DNA of 64,000 nucleotides from Eledone cirrhosa (GCA_964016885.1 OZ024741.1:135284001-135348000), one strand, 5' to 3'. Positions 30,560 to 47,564 are shown, counted from the first letter of the stretch. Notes: generated from the sequence alone by a model not told the origin. Program-made: numbers and translations.

Positions 30560-30670
30560 TCCCGCCGAGGTTAACTTTGCCTTTCATCCTTACGGGTTCG
30601 ATAAAATAATGTCCCAGTAATACACTGGGTAATTTCTGGCCTTGTGCCAAAAGTAGAAACAATTATTATT
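30560..30670 (+). mobile_element. Meta-like SINE, 3' half
   Basis: cccgccgaggttaactttgcctttcatccttacggg...ggccttgtgccaaaagtagaaac. Confidence 0.85.
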
Positions 30671-30800
30671 ATATTATAGATTTGACATCGTTTAAACTAA
30701 ACATTTTGAGAGAGTTTAGAGATACAACAACAATAATTATTTTGGTGTTGTTGTTGTTGTTGGCTGTTTGACCGGGTCACTAAATCAGTCTATTTATATC

Positions 30801-30845
<45 letters not shown>

Positions 30846-31287
30846 CTTCTCCTTTGAGCACATTATTGACAGGGAAAAGCGAGAGTCTATGGCTCCGTTA
30901 ATTTATCGTGATATTTCGCTCCTTATAACGGTCTTTCCTCTTTCTCTGTTTGGTTGAGCACATTTCTCTGAGTGGTTTTGGGCTGCCCTTTCTAGCAGCT
31001 TTCCCCTCAGACACCACTGGTTCACTGCCCTAAACACCGCGTGTAGCTGGACGGTCGCTTTAGATTTTCTTAGAGTTGTCTGAAATCTATAGTCTTACAC
31101 ACGCTGATGAACCATGGGCTATCTCATTTCAGTCAACAACTTATTGGCGAAACAGATCTCTTTGGATTTGTAGGTGTGTGTTATATAGTTATAGAGCTAT
31201 GTATAGACACTTTAATTTATATTTTTAATTATCCTGTGTCTACCCTGCCTTTCATAGGTTATAGATTCCATACACTGGTGGTTTTTC

Positions 31288-31317
<30 letters not shown>

Positions 31318-31322
<5 letters not shown>

Positions 31323-31775
31323 TCAAATTACATTTATTGTATTCAACCATGTAGAGTGATAAACTATTTGCTTGTTATTTGAATATGGCAAAGCCGGCCA
31401 TTAATCGCTCGTATGCATGAAACTGACTGACCTATCTGCTGATATGCAAATCTGGCTTATCAGTGGGTTTACTAATATGCAGATCTGACAGATCAGCCAG
31501 TCTGCTAATATGCAAATCAGGCTGATCGGTCACTGTATATTTTAGAAAATATCATATATTTTCACTAGCTCTGACAGTTGGTAAGTAAGCAGTATACTGT
31601 ACTGATGAAGGGTAATCACCCAGAAACATTAGTGTCTGCAGGTCTGTTTGTATGTCAGCACCAGAGCAAAAATGACGCAGTCATTCTACTGACATGACTT
31701 TAGAGAGGCTGTTTGCATAATTGCAAACGAATCAAATATTATTATTAATATTCGATAAACTCAGATTACATTTAT
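31318..31775 (+). mobile_element. 438-nt hammerhead-containing unit with short terminal redundancy, in (TA)n
   Basis: aaactca(a/g)attacatttat at both ends (period 438), internal ~30-35-nt tandem repeats, one hammerhead. The 3' part recurs inverted at ~57833-57958. Confidence 0.7.
31597..31641 (+). ncRNA. Minimal type-I hammerhead ribozyme
   Basis: ctgta CTGATGA a-gggt-aatc-accc-a GAAAC attagt GTC tgcag; canonical core, GUC site, A-A at the base of stem II. Confidence 0.75.
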
Positions 31776-33340
31776 ATAATATATATATACATGTATATGC
31801 ACATACGCGAGTATATTCGAATACACGTATGCATATATGTGTATGTGCATATACGTGTATGCACGCATATGTAAGTATAGACATACATACAGGCACACAC
31901 ACATACGCACATACACACACACACATATATGTATATATATATATATATATACACATCTCGATTATAGATGTATATATGTCTACCTAAATCTACATAACTC
32001 ACACGCATGAAGAGCTATTTCACATACTATTTTTAATTTTAAACCATTTAAAATATATTTTAGTGCGGATATATAGCAGAAAGTGAAATGTGTGGAGGTA
32101 GCTTGATAAAAAAATTAATTGAACGAATAAAAAAATATTTAATTAACACGGCGAAAGTGAAGGTAACCTCAAAAGAAAATATATTTTAAAGTTAATTCCG
32201 TGCATCGATTTTCAGTGTACTTTAAAGTATAGAATTAAACAAGTATTTAATTTCGTAGTCTGACTAATGCTCATTAATTAAAGTAATGTGGGTTTTATTT
32301 AAGTATTATATATCATCAGAATTGATGCTATGGGTTATCAAGGTTACGAACTGGAAAATATCTTAGTACTCATTAAACTTGTATCCAGATTAAATAAGCT
32401 TTAAATTTTATTAAGTGCAATATTGAACTGTTTTCTTTACCGATTTTCTACGTAAGATACAAAGTTTCTAGAACAAATCTATATAAAGAAGAATGGTTTC
32501 TGTGTCAGCATTTTATATAGAACTAACATAAATTCTGCCAGGAGAGCAGTGTTTCTGCTAGTCAATGTATCCATCTATGCATAGGTGCTTAACTCCTTGT
32601 TGTGGCGCCGTCATGACATACGGCTTTACTTAGCCATTTAAATCTGGCGGAGCCCATCCCTCTCCAGATCGGAACATTATTGATTTCTTCAAGGGAGAGA
32701 AAAAGTTAGCAATAGATATTCACTAGTCAATTTATCCCTCCATTTGTAGGCACCGTCATTACCTACGCCATGTCTTAGCATTTGAAACCAACAGAGCCAT
32801 CCCTCTCCAGATCGGGACATTGCTGATTACTTCAAAACTGAGAAGGTGAGTGAGAGGGAGAAAGTGAGAAATACATATAGAGGAAGAATCACCCTACGCA
32901 ATTGATTTATATTTTATTTATCGACATGAAAGGGTAAAAGGCAAAGTTAACCTTGGTGTTATTTGAATCTAGAGCATAGAGCGCCGGAACGAATACTGCC
33001 AATCATTCCATTCGTTGTTCTAACAATTTTGCCAATTTGCTGTCAAGTCAAGATGTACAAATCTAGAAAAAAGGGATTTGATTTAGCGGTTTATTTATTT
33101 CAACATTTATTCTCAACCGGACATACAGGAGATAGACACACACATTGTTATATATATATTAGACGCGCTCCATCACCACCTTTTAAAACAAAATCATCTT
33201 ACACAAAACGACAGCATCAACAGTTTTCCCAGGGATGGTGATATAAATGGACCTGGTATTTTTCTCTAAAATTTTTATTTCCGTTTCCGCCACTGCCCGT
33301 CTCCTCAATCGTTCTATTTCTTCTTTAATGTTCTCCTTCT

Positions 33341-33378
33341 ATTTTCTGATGAAGGACTAGTGTCCGAAATGTCAATTC
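33341..33378 (+). ncRNA. Minimal hammerhead-like motif, partly degenerate
   Basis: ttt CTGATGA a-ggac-tagt-gtcc GAAAt GTC aatt; stem I weak, stem III nearly absent. Confidence 0.5.
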
Positions 33379-33480
33379 TCTTTTCCTACTATACCAAGCG
33401 TAACACCAATAATATATTTATTCATTGCACAATGTCGTTCACTTTGTTATTTCTGTTTGCCTTTTGCTTGTACATATTCT

Positions 33481-33689
33481 TTATTTATATTCATACACGG
33501 AACAAAAGCGTTACTCGAGGTTTGAAGGCCCAAATGTAACCATAATTTTACTCTTGTATTCTTGAGGTATGGTCAATATAGGGCCTTGAAACCTTGGGTA
33601 GTGCTTTTGTTCCATGTATGAATATAAATAAATAATATAATATTTCTGCTCTCTTCCCGATTGAGCACTGTTTTCCTTTTCACACCTAC

Positions 33690-33692
<3 letters not shown>
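33481..33692 (+). mobile_element. Fold-back element with hammerhead 3'-half remnant, AATAAA and tail
   Basis: Arms 33481-33531 / 33581-33631; GAAACC-ttg-GGTA gtgc; aaataaa; ttgagcac at 33661; ends in (TG)n. Confidence 0.6.
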
Positions 33693-33779
<87 letters not shown>

Positions 33780-35276
33780 ATGAGTATAGATATGTATACT
33801 CACAAGGGATTGCTCAATAGAGTGCGGCTGAACCCGGAACCCCGTGATAGTAAGGCGAAGTCCTTAACCATACACCCGTGCTTAATTATATATTTTGTTT
33901 TAATTGATTTTCAGATTAAATTCCTTAGAATATTTAACTCTACGGCGCCTGTCAATAGTATGTAATCAATATAGTTGATGTTGTTGGACCTCTGTCGATT
34001 CCGACGATGATTATTCCAGTTGTTTGATCAATGAAACACCCAACATGTAAAATTGACGTGTAAGTGACTAAGCATACCACAGCCATGTTTAATCTTAACA
34101 TAAATACAAGTGATAGAATAGAAGATGAAGGAAAGGATAGAAAAGGTTGGCCCATTGAATTACAGGTGCAATTAATTTCTGCAACCAACTGGATCAGCGC
34201 GAGGAAAAATATCTTGTTAAAGTGCAGAACACGCCGCCGGAGATCCAACTCATGACTTTACGATCGTGAGTTGATCACTCTAACCACTAAAACATGCGTC
34301 TTCCCAATCAATATTGTAACTTAATCATATTCTCTATTTCAGTGGAGAACCAGCTGGGATTGAATTTGCATGGAGCAGTCCATTTTGCTGCCGAATTTTC
34401 CACTTTATTATTATTTCCAAATTTCCCTTGAGGTGACATCAACCTTTCTCGGCTATTTCAAAAATTCATGCGCATTTTAAATATTTTCATTTCACTAAAA
34501 TGATCTCTGGTCTTCAAAATTCATTTGTTTCATCGCTGTATTATAACAATAGTCCAAACTACTTTAGAAATCACTTGAGAGACGCCATTAAATATTCAAA
34601 ATCAATATTCATAATCATTATTTGTAGCGTTACCACTGTGTTTTCGTATTTATATTTATATATATTTTTCTCGTTTTATTTTTCAAGACCTAGAATTCGT
34701 TCCTAAAAAAAAACAAAAAAAAAACAAAAAAAAACCATACCGTTTTTCTCTAGAATTTTACTTTTTCCTGGAGAGGTTTTTAGAAAGTTGGATATTATTA
34801 TAAAGCAGGTTGTTTGTGAGAGATGGTGTGGGAGTAAATTCAATTAGAATTTCATGCATTATGGTCGTTAGCAAATCAGTGAAATAAACCGTTCCAGCGA
34901 GCAAACGAATGAGTCTCCATACCATAACTCGATTTGTTAGAAATAACAACCAAATATTCTTCAAATCCTATCCTATTTCCTATAGAATTATTAATGATCA
35001 TCGTGCAAACAAAATATATAAAAAGATGTTGAATCATGTTGACATTTTTCAACGATGGACATTTCTTATATAATTTAAGGTAATATTTATTCTACTTGCA
35101 AGCGCGATAGCCGTTAGACAAAAAGTCTATTCAACGAACACATAACCAAAACTAAAGAAAAACAACTAAAAATGAAAACATTTTTGGTAACATTACCATC
35201 TCATTACCATATCAGGTGGATATTGCTACATGGTACCAGTGGAGAGAATTGTGAAAACGTTACTCCTGACGGGGAA

Positions 35277-35460
35277 TAATTGTTTCTACTTTTTGGCACA
35301 AGGCCAGCAATTAATCGGTACATTACTGGTACTTTATTTTATCAACCCTCGTAAGGATGAAAGGCAAAGTGAACCTCGACGGGATTTGAACTATAAAGGA
35401 GCGTAACTCTATGCTGCAAGGCATGGCGTCCGACCTTCTACCGATACTACCAATCCCCTA
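35277..35460 (-). mobile_element. Meta-like tRNA SINE, near full length
   Basis: Reverse complement of the 56284-56475 consensus. Confidence 0.87.
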
Positions 35461-36269
35461 ATAATAATGAAAAGTGAGAAATATTTATACTAGGAGAAGA
35501 AGGATTATCCAATAGTGTGTGTATTAAATTTTTCAGGAAATATACTTTTGAACTTGGCTCACATATTCCTAGAGATCCGCAGAATCTAGACTGAAAAGTG
35601 ATGTATTGGGTTCATGCACGTAATAAATACAAGCACCGTTGATTTAACCATTATAAAGAATTTAATCAGAAAATCAATCGAAATGAAATAATTTAAGTTA
35701 TCTATATAACCATGAGAAAACTTTCAAACTTGATTCTCAGCAACAGAGAAGAGACGGAAAAATAAAATGATATAAAAACAGAACAAAATAAAGTAATATT
35801 TGTTTTTTTGTCTGATTATATAACAATATAAAACCTGCTGAAAGGCTGACATCTTTTATATTATTTCTACTGATATGTTGGTGTTCTAAACAACAGCAAA
35901 CGCAACAGTGAAACAAACAAAGCTGGAATACGCTTTCTTTCACATTTAATTGAACATAATTAGTTTCAACTGGTGCATCGAGTCTGTATGGTATGTATAT
36001 ATATATATATATATATAACATCGATACATACATCAAGCTGGCTAGACATTATTTTATTTGTTATGCTCTTCTTTATAAAAATAAACAAATTGAGAAGGCA
36101 TGGCTGTGTGGTTTATGAATTTCCCTTGCAACCACGTGGTTTCGATTTCAGCCTTACTGTAGGGCAACGTGAAAAAGTGCCTTCTACTATAGCTTCGGGT
36201 TACCAGCCTTGTGATTAGAATTTGGTAGGCGGAGCCAGCAGACATCTGTGTATATATATATATGTAAAT

Positions 36270-36828
36270 TTTGAGTATATGTTGGTTGTTTACCGACACC
36301 TCAGTATGCAGATTGGATCACTCGACGAAGTACGCAGGTTGGTTTGTTTACTCCGGTGTAATGTAAAATAATTGTCAAATAGGTAAAATTTGGCTTCGTT
36401 TATTATAAATTGTAGATATTTTGCCATATATATTTCGGTAACAGCCATCATTGGCTGTGGCGTCTTCATACAGTCTGAATTGGTGTGGTAGAGACAGGTA
36501 CACATGTTGTTGAAGTGTGTTTTACTCCGTCAATACTCCGATATGTCCAGCTCCTGGTTGCGTTGTTATTTCTGTGAGGAACTGGAATCATAACTGGATA
36601 TGATTCCAGTTCCTCACAGAAATAACAACGCAACCAGGAGCTGGACATATCGGAGTATTGACGGAGTAAAACACACTTCAACAACATGTGTACCTGTCTC
36701 TACCATACCAATTTGAACTGCCTGAAGAGGTCAGAGCCAATGATGGCTGTCACCGAAATATATATAGCAGTATATCTATAATTTATAATAAAAGAACCCA
36801 CATTTTACCTATTTGATTTACATTATTT

Positions 36829-36830
<2 letters not shown>
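36270..36830. mobile_element. Hammerhead family A hairpin element
   Basis: Arms ~36365-36592 / 36599-36830 with 6-nt loop; tail 36270-36365; homologous to 14385-14700; flanked by (TA)n. Confidence 0.88.
36717..36771 (+). ncRNA. Minimal type-I hammerhead ribozyme (mutated mirror copy at 36420-36474 minus)
   Basis: actgc CTGAAGA ggtcagagcca-atga-tggctgtcacc GAAA tatata TA gcagt. Confidence 0.82.
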
Positions 36831-39368
<2,538 letters not shown>

Positions 39369-39589
39369 AATTAAGTTAAAAATGTACATCCACATATGTA
39401 TACTGAAATACTAGTATGCATATGAATACACACACGTATACATATGTAGATGTACCGAGTTTTTCACTGGTCACTTTACTGTGAGTGTCCAGCTATTCTG
39501 TATGTAAACACACAGACAAACCGGTTTTTAGAGTCATACTGGTTTTTGAGGAAACACCTTTCCTCTAGTCTCCAGAAAGCCAGACAAGG

Positions 39590-39634
39590 AATATTGAACT
39601 AGTTTCGATGTTGTTACATCTCATCAGCAATATT
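39590..39634 (-). ncRNA. Minimal type-I hammerhead ribozyme
   Basis: Exact reverse complement of 40090-40134. Confidence 0.88.
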
Positions 39635-40089
39635 TACCTATCTTCCGGCCTTTCTAGAGAATCGTAAAAGCACATATCGTTATATGCCTTTTCTATGAAA
39701 ATTAGTAGTGGGCAGACCAATTTGCATAGAGCGTGAGTACGTACCGGTTCAACGGAGACGATAACAACAAATAACGAAACGAAATTAAATTTCGTTTCGT
39801 TTGTAACTCACTTTTGTATGACTGACGCTTAAACAATTAAGTTAAAAATGTACATCCACATATGTATACTGAAATACTAGTATGCATATGAATACACACA
39901 CGTATACATATGTAGATGTACAAACGAAACGAAATTTAATTTCGTTTCGTTATTTGTTGTTATCGTCTCCGTTGAACCGGTACGTACTCACGCTCTATGC
40001 AAATTGGTCTGCCCACAACTAATTTTCATAGAAAAGGCATATAACGATATGTGCTTTTACGATTCTCTAGAAAGGCCGGAAGATAGGTA

Positions 40090-40134
40090 AATATTGCTGA
40101 TGAGATGTAACAACATCGAAACTAGTTCAATATT
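40090..40134 (+). ncRNA. Minimal type-I hammerhead ribozyme
   Basis: aatattg CTGATGA gatgt-aaca-acatc GAAAC ta GTT caatatt. 7-bp stem I, 5-bp stem II with G-C base, palindromic stem III (aactagtt), GUU site. Confidence 0.9.
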
Positions 40135-41199
40135 CCTTGTCTGGCTTTCTGGAGACTAGAGGAAAGGTGTTTCCTCAAAAACCAGTATGACTCTAAAAAC
40201 CGGTTTGTCTGTGTGTTTACATACAGAATAGCTGGACACTCACAGTAAAGTGACCAGTGAAAAACTCGGTACATCTACATATGTATACGTGTGTGTATTC
40301 ATATGCATACTAGTATTTCAGTATACATATGTGGATGTACATTTTTAACTTAATTGTTTAAGCGTCAGTCATACAAAAGTGAGTTACAAACGAAACGAAA
40401 TTTAATTTCGTTTCGTTATTTGTTGATATATATAATATATATATAATATATATATAAATATATATAAATATATATAATATATAAATATATATATATATAA
40501 TATATAAATATATATATATATAATATATATATAATATATATATACATATAATATATATATATATATATAATATATATATATATATATTATAGATATATTA
40601 TATATATATATTTATATATTATATATATATATTATATATATATTATATATATACAATATATAATATATAATATATATATATACAATATATAATATATATA
40701 TAATATATATATATATAATATATAATATATAATATATATATAATATATATATATAATATATATATATAATATATATATATATATAATATATATATATATA
40801 TAATATATAATATATATATAATATATATATATATAATATATAATATATAATATATATATATATAATATATAATATATAATATATATATATATATATAATA
40901 TATATATTATATATATTTATATATAATATATATATTATATATATTTATATATAATATATATATTATATTTATTTATATATAGTATATATATATATATTTA
41001 TATATATTTATATATATTATATATATATATAATATATATATATATATATAATATATATATTATATATATTTATATATAATACATATATATATATATTTAT
41101 ATATATATTTATATATAATATATATATATTTATTAAAATAACAGATTAAATATATAATATATATATATATAATATATATATATATATATTATATATATA

Positions 41200-41233
<34 letters not shown>

Positions 41234-41235
41234 AT

Positions 41236-41515
41236 ATTTATTAAAATAACAGGTTAAAGTTTAAGCCAAGAATCGCTGCTTTCACCCTTAACGGGATCTT
41301 CTGAAACTAACAAAGTCAATCTGTAAACGCAGAATTGGATATTGCAACCGGAGGAAGACAGGAAGACGATACTTTGGTTCGTGGAACCGTTCACTGGCTA
41401 AGAACGGGAAAAAACGAATATATAATTTGCTGTACGGTTTTTAAATATTTGATATATATTTGTCCTTATCGAGCCCTCTTTGGATTTTAGTCTTCAAATT
41501 TATTATTATTACTAT
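41236..41515. mobile_element. ~280-bp dispersed repeat in (TA)n, same family as 52153-52400
   Basis: 5' part matches 52263-52337 directly; 3' part matches 52153-52262 inverted. Confidence 0.8.
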
Positions 41516-41719
41516 ATAATATATCATTTATATATATATTATATATATATATATTATATATATATATATATTATATATATATATATATTATATATATATA
41601 TAATATATATATATATTATATATATATATATATAATATATATTATATATATAATATATATAATATATATAATATATATTATATATATATAATATATATTA
41701 TATATATATAATATATATT

Positions 41720-41752
<33 letters not shown>

Positions 41753-41862
41753 CTACATATTATATATATATTATATATATAATATATATAGATATTATAT
41801 ATATATATATATGTATATATATCTACATATTATATATAATATTATATATATAATATATATAG

Positions 41863-41961
<99 letters not shown>

Positions 41962-42377
41962 TTATATATATATAATATATATATATATATATAATATATA
42001 TATATATATATAATATATATTATATATATAATATATATTATATATATATAATATATATAGATATTATATATATATATATATATAATATATATTATATATA
42101 TATAATATATATAATATATATATAATATATATTATATATATATAATATATATAATATATATAATATATATATATATATATCTATATATTATATATATATT
42201 ATATATATATATATATTATATATATATATATTATATATATATATATAATATATATAATATATATATAATATTTATAATATATATATAATATATATATATA
42301 TATATTATATATATATATATATTATATATATATAATGTATATATTATATATATATAATATATATATATATATATAAA

Positions 42378-42594
42378 AGGAACGATCGACTCTCGTCGAA
42401 TTGGACCGAGGGAACAATGTTTCCGTTGGTCTTTCCAATTGCTAATACTATCTATCGGTCGCAACTCCAGGTAGAAGGAGCAACGTGAAATAAAGTGTCT
42501 TGCTCAAGGACATAACGCAACGCCTGGTCCAGGAATCGAACTCACAACCTTACGATTGCGAATCCAATTCTCTATCCACTCCGCCTCACGCCTT
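42378..42594 (-). mobile_element. tRNA-headed CORE-like SINE, twin of 13415-13629
   Basis: Near-identical sequence with the same boundaries, again inside (TA)n. Confidence 0.87.
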
Positions 42595-42624
42595 CACACG
42601 CTATATATATATAATATCTATCTA

Positions 42625-42666
<42 letters not shown>

Positions 42667-43168
42667 CTATATCTCTCTCTATATATATATATATATAATA
42701 TCTATATCTATATATATATATATATAATATCTATATATATATATATATATAATATCTATATCTATATATATATATATATAATATCTATATCTATATCTAT
42801 ATATATATAATATCTATATCTATCTATATATATATATATATATAATATCTATATCTATATCTATATATATATAATATCTATATCTATATATATATATATA
42901 TATATATATAATATCTATATCTATATCTATATCTATATATATAATATCTATATCTATATATATAATATCTATATCTATATATATAATATCTATATCTATA
43001 TATATATATATATATATATAATATCTATATCTATATATATATATATATATATCTATATATATAATATCTATATCTATATATATATATATATATATCTATA
43101 TATATAATATCTATATCTATATATATAATATCTATATCTATATATATAATATCTATATCTATATATAT

Positions 43169-43226
<58 letters not shown>

Positions 43227-43367
43227 CTATATATCTATATATATATAATATCTATATATATATATATAATATCTATATATAAATATATATATAATATCTA
43301 TATATATATATATATATAATATCTATATATATATATATATAATATCTATATATATATATATATAATA

Positions 43368-43409
<42 letters not shown>

Positions 43410-43485
43410 CTATATATCTATATATATATAATATCTATATATCTATATATATATAATATCTATATATCTATATATATATATAATA

Positions 43486-43546
<61 letters not shown>

Positions 43547-43593
43547 ATATATCTATATATATATAATATCTATATATCTATATATATATAATA

Positions 43594-43633
<40 letters not shown>

Positions 43634-43948
43634 CTATATATCTATATATATATAATATCTATATATCTATATATATATAATATCTATATATATATAATAT
43701 CTATATATATATAATATCTATATATCTATATATATATAATATCTATATATCTATATATATATAATATCTATATATCTATATATATATAATATCTATATAT
43801 CTATATATATATAATATCTATATCTCTATATATATATAATATCTATATCTATATATATATATATATATATATAATATCTATATATATATATATATAATAT
43901 CTATATATATATATATATAATATCTATAATATCTATATATATATAATA

Positions 43949-43986
<38 letters not shown>

Positions 43987-44325
43987 CTATATATAATATC
44001 TATATATATATATATATATATATAATATCTATATATATATATATATATATAATATCTATATATATATATATATATATAATATCTATATATATATATATAT
44101 ATATATATAATATCTATATATATATATATATATAATATCTATCTATCTATATATATATATAATATCTATCTATCTATATATATATATATAATATATATCT
44201 ATCTCTATATATATATATAATATCTATCTCTATATATATATATATATATATATAATATCTATCTATATATATATATATATATATATATAATATCTATATA
44301 TATATATATATATATATATAATATC

Positions 44326-44357
<32 letters not shown>

Positions 44358-44387
44358 CTATCTATATATATATATATATATATAATA

Positions 44388-44429
<42 letters not shown>

Positions 44430-44465
44430 CTATATATCTATATATATATATATATATATAATATC

Positions 44466-44496
<31 letters not shown>

Positions 44497-44523
44497 TATA
44501 TATATTATATATATATTATATAT

Positions 44524-44561
<38 letters not shown>

Positions 44562-45712
44562 TATGTGATCACTGTTTTCTATTTTGGACTCGTAACTTAA
44601 AGGTTAAACAAATAAAGAGAAGGCTTGAAACAAGTATTAACGGTCTATAGGATCGACGATAAACCCGCTTACACTGGCGCTCCAGCAAGGCCGTTGGCTA
44701 ATGATTAAAACCAGTAAAAAAAATAAATATAAATAAGAATAAAGGAAAATAAGGCATGAAAAAGAAAATAACGAAAAAAGAAAAGGCCAAAATCAAAGGG
44801 AACTCTTTCACTATGAAATAAATCAATTTTGTAAAGAAATATAAAAAATAACAAAGTTGGAGGTGACAACAAGCAGTAATTAGACGGGGTAATCGTGAAA
44901 AGTTATACATCAGCAGGGGGAGAAGAATGAGGAGAAGGGGGCGATGGTAAAGAAATCATCAATAAAACAGTTTCAAAAAATATCTCGTCTCGTTAAAAGA
45001 GAAATGGGTGATGAACCGTGATGGATAGTGGTGGGAACAACGTGCTGAATAGTGTAAGCAATGCTATCGTCATAAAGACAGCTACGCAGAAGAAAATGCA
45101 GATTGATTAAGTGTGCATCAAGCTGAGCGTCAAAACAGTATGAGTGTCTTATAGATTGAGAATATGTCTATATAATTTGAATAAAGACATCTCTTTCTCT
45201 CGCCCTCTCTGTCTCTCACTCTCTGTCTCTCTCTCTCTGAAATTAACTTCTAAAATGTGCAAATGTGTATGCATGTGCCAGATGCAGGTAATGAAATGAA
45301 TATTATTTATTTGTTTGTTAGTGTGTAAATGTACGTGTCTATGTGAAGGTGTAAATGTGTGTGTTTGTGTGTCTATGTTTGTATGTGTTTGCGTCTGCGA
45401 CTTCGTTGTTTTATATTCAAAGAGTAAGAAGCCAAGAATAGCTTGCACCTCACCTGCAGTTAGGTGGGTAGATTGATTGGTTACGGTGGGTGGGTCTTTC
45501 TAATTCGATGTGCCAGTAGTTTATAGAAGATGTTGTAAGGAGTGGAACGTAAAATTCAGTTGTCCCGTGCAGAAAGGCTCTCAGGAAAAACTGCGTTTGA
45601 TGTAAGTTAAAATAATTTCTCTCCAGACTGCTTTTGTCTATAGAAGAATAATAGAAGAAATTTACATTAATCACAATCATACAATACATACAGACAGACA
45701 TACACCCCCCGC

Positions 45713-45793
<81 letters not shown>

Positions 45794-45894
45794 GTACATA
45801 TATATATATATATATGTATATGTATATATATAGGAACGAGTAGGACCCCGACGGCTGAGCTCAAGCCGTTTCCGGCTAATTCTGGATTCAGTTT

Positions 45895-45970
<76 letters not shown>

Positions 45971-46213
45971 AAACTGGGACGGGAACAAAAACAGAGAGGC
46001 AGTATAAACAAAAGTTTATACACACATACATATATATCTATATATGTTTTTTTCTTCATGTACACACACACACACACACATATATATTTTTTTATGCGTA
46101 TGTATTACATATATATATACATAGTCTTCCGAATTATTTTGAGTTTTGAAAAATATATATTCCTGTGTGTATATGCTCATAAAGATATACAGGGATATAA
46201 CTGATGTATGTCA

Positions 46214-46246
<33 letters not shown>

Positions 46247-46429
46247 GTTGCTTATAAATGCTAATTAAGCATATAATTCTCAGTTTAAACGCATGCTATA
46301 TATAGGGCCGAATTTAATTATTTCTAACCGTTTCCCTCTCTTTATATATAATATATAATGTGCGTGTGTGTTTGTAAGCGTAATTTTTCGTAATTTTTTC
46401 AAATTTTAATTATTAACTGTGTTAGATAT

Positions 46430-46622
46430 TCATCATCATCATCATCATAATCATGAATCATCATCATCATCATCATCATAATCCCTTTCGGTGTCGTTGA
46501 GTCTCTGCAGTGCCGAACTCTGCACTAACTGCTTCCATTTCTGTGGGTCATTGGTTGGTGCTTGGGTTGTGGCAAAGTTCTTCCCGGTCCACTTGGCTAT
46601 GTTGTCACTCCATTGCTTACGT
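46430..46622 (-). pseudogene. RTE LINE extreme 3' fragment with (GAT)n tail
   Basis: Minus strand reads KQWSDNIAKWTGKNFATTQ...WKQLV, followed by gatgatgat repeats. Confidence 0.7.
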
Positions 46623-47564
46623 CTCTATAAACACTAACTTGAGAGCTGTTAATTATATACGAATTCTTTGACGAGCCTCGAACCCCCATATCTCTCATTT
46701 GGTACATGACTTTGTTACCAAGTACGTGTGGCTGACTTTACATTCCGCATTTCTCAAATTAAATACAAAATGAAATGTTACAGCTCACCCAATGAAGTTT
46801 TATGTGTGCCCTTACGTAGTTGCTCATCATAGGTTTCTCAGCTGGTTCAATTGTTGGGGGTTCAGATATATCACTTGTTACAGCTCACTACAATGTAGGT
46901 TTCGTTGGTTTCCTACTCGGTTGTACCTTATACGTTTCTGTGAATATTTTTAATGATAGGAACCTCAGTCATATCACCCCCCCCCCCCCACACACACACT
47001 ATGTGGGTTTCCCTGGTCTCCTTCGCGGTTGTATTTAAACGTTTCTGTTTTTTTTTGTAATGATATATCATTCTATTGTTCCATCTTACACCTAACAAGT
47101 TTCGCTGGAATCGAACCGAATACTTTATATTTGTGAGCCCAACACCCTAACCATTATGCTACATGCCTTCACTGGAGACACTCTTTTACTGGCTACGCGC
47201 CTTTACTAACTGCAATGAAATAAAAAAAAAAAATTTGTATGATGAACTAATCTTTCAATTTACGCAGTATCTTTACACTTCTCCACGTGAGACGTCAGTT
47301 ACCTAACATTATACAATACACCGCCTCTCACTGTTTTCCAACGTTATCAATTACCACATTGTGATTTGGCGATTTCCACGAGAATTAACTTTAGTTATAT
47401 AGAGAAATTATAAAGTAATTCCTATTGCTTTAAAATTGAAATTAAAATTTCTTAATATCACTGACACAACGCACTTCTGTGGCTCGAACTCACGATAGTG
47501 AGCCGAACACATAGGCCACTAAGCTACTTTCCTTCACTTTTAGTATGCATGATGGTTTCTGAAT

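Larger units (their letters stand above)
39369..40427. mobile_element. Inverted pair of circularly permuted 466-nt hammerhead units (retrozyme-like)
   Basis: Left arm 39369-39920 repeats its start after 466 nt (aattaagttaaaaatg at 39369 and 39835). Right inverted arm repeats caaacgaaacgaaattt at 39921 and 40387. Arms are almost identical. Confidence 0.9.
40428..44558. repeat. ~4-kb (TA)n / (TATC/TAA) degenerate microsatellite field with two embedded elements
   Basis: Direct reading; interrupted at ~41236-41515 and ~42378-42600. Confidence 0.95.
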
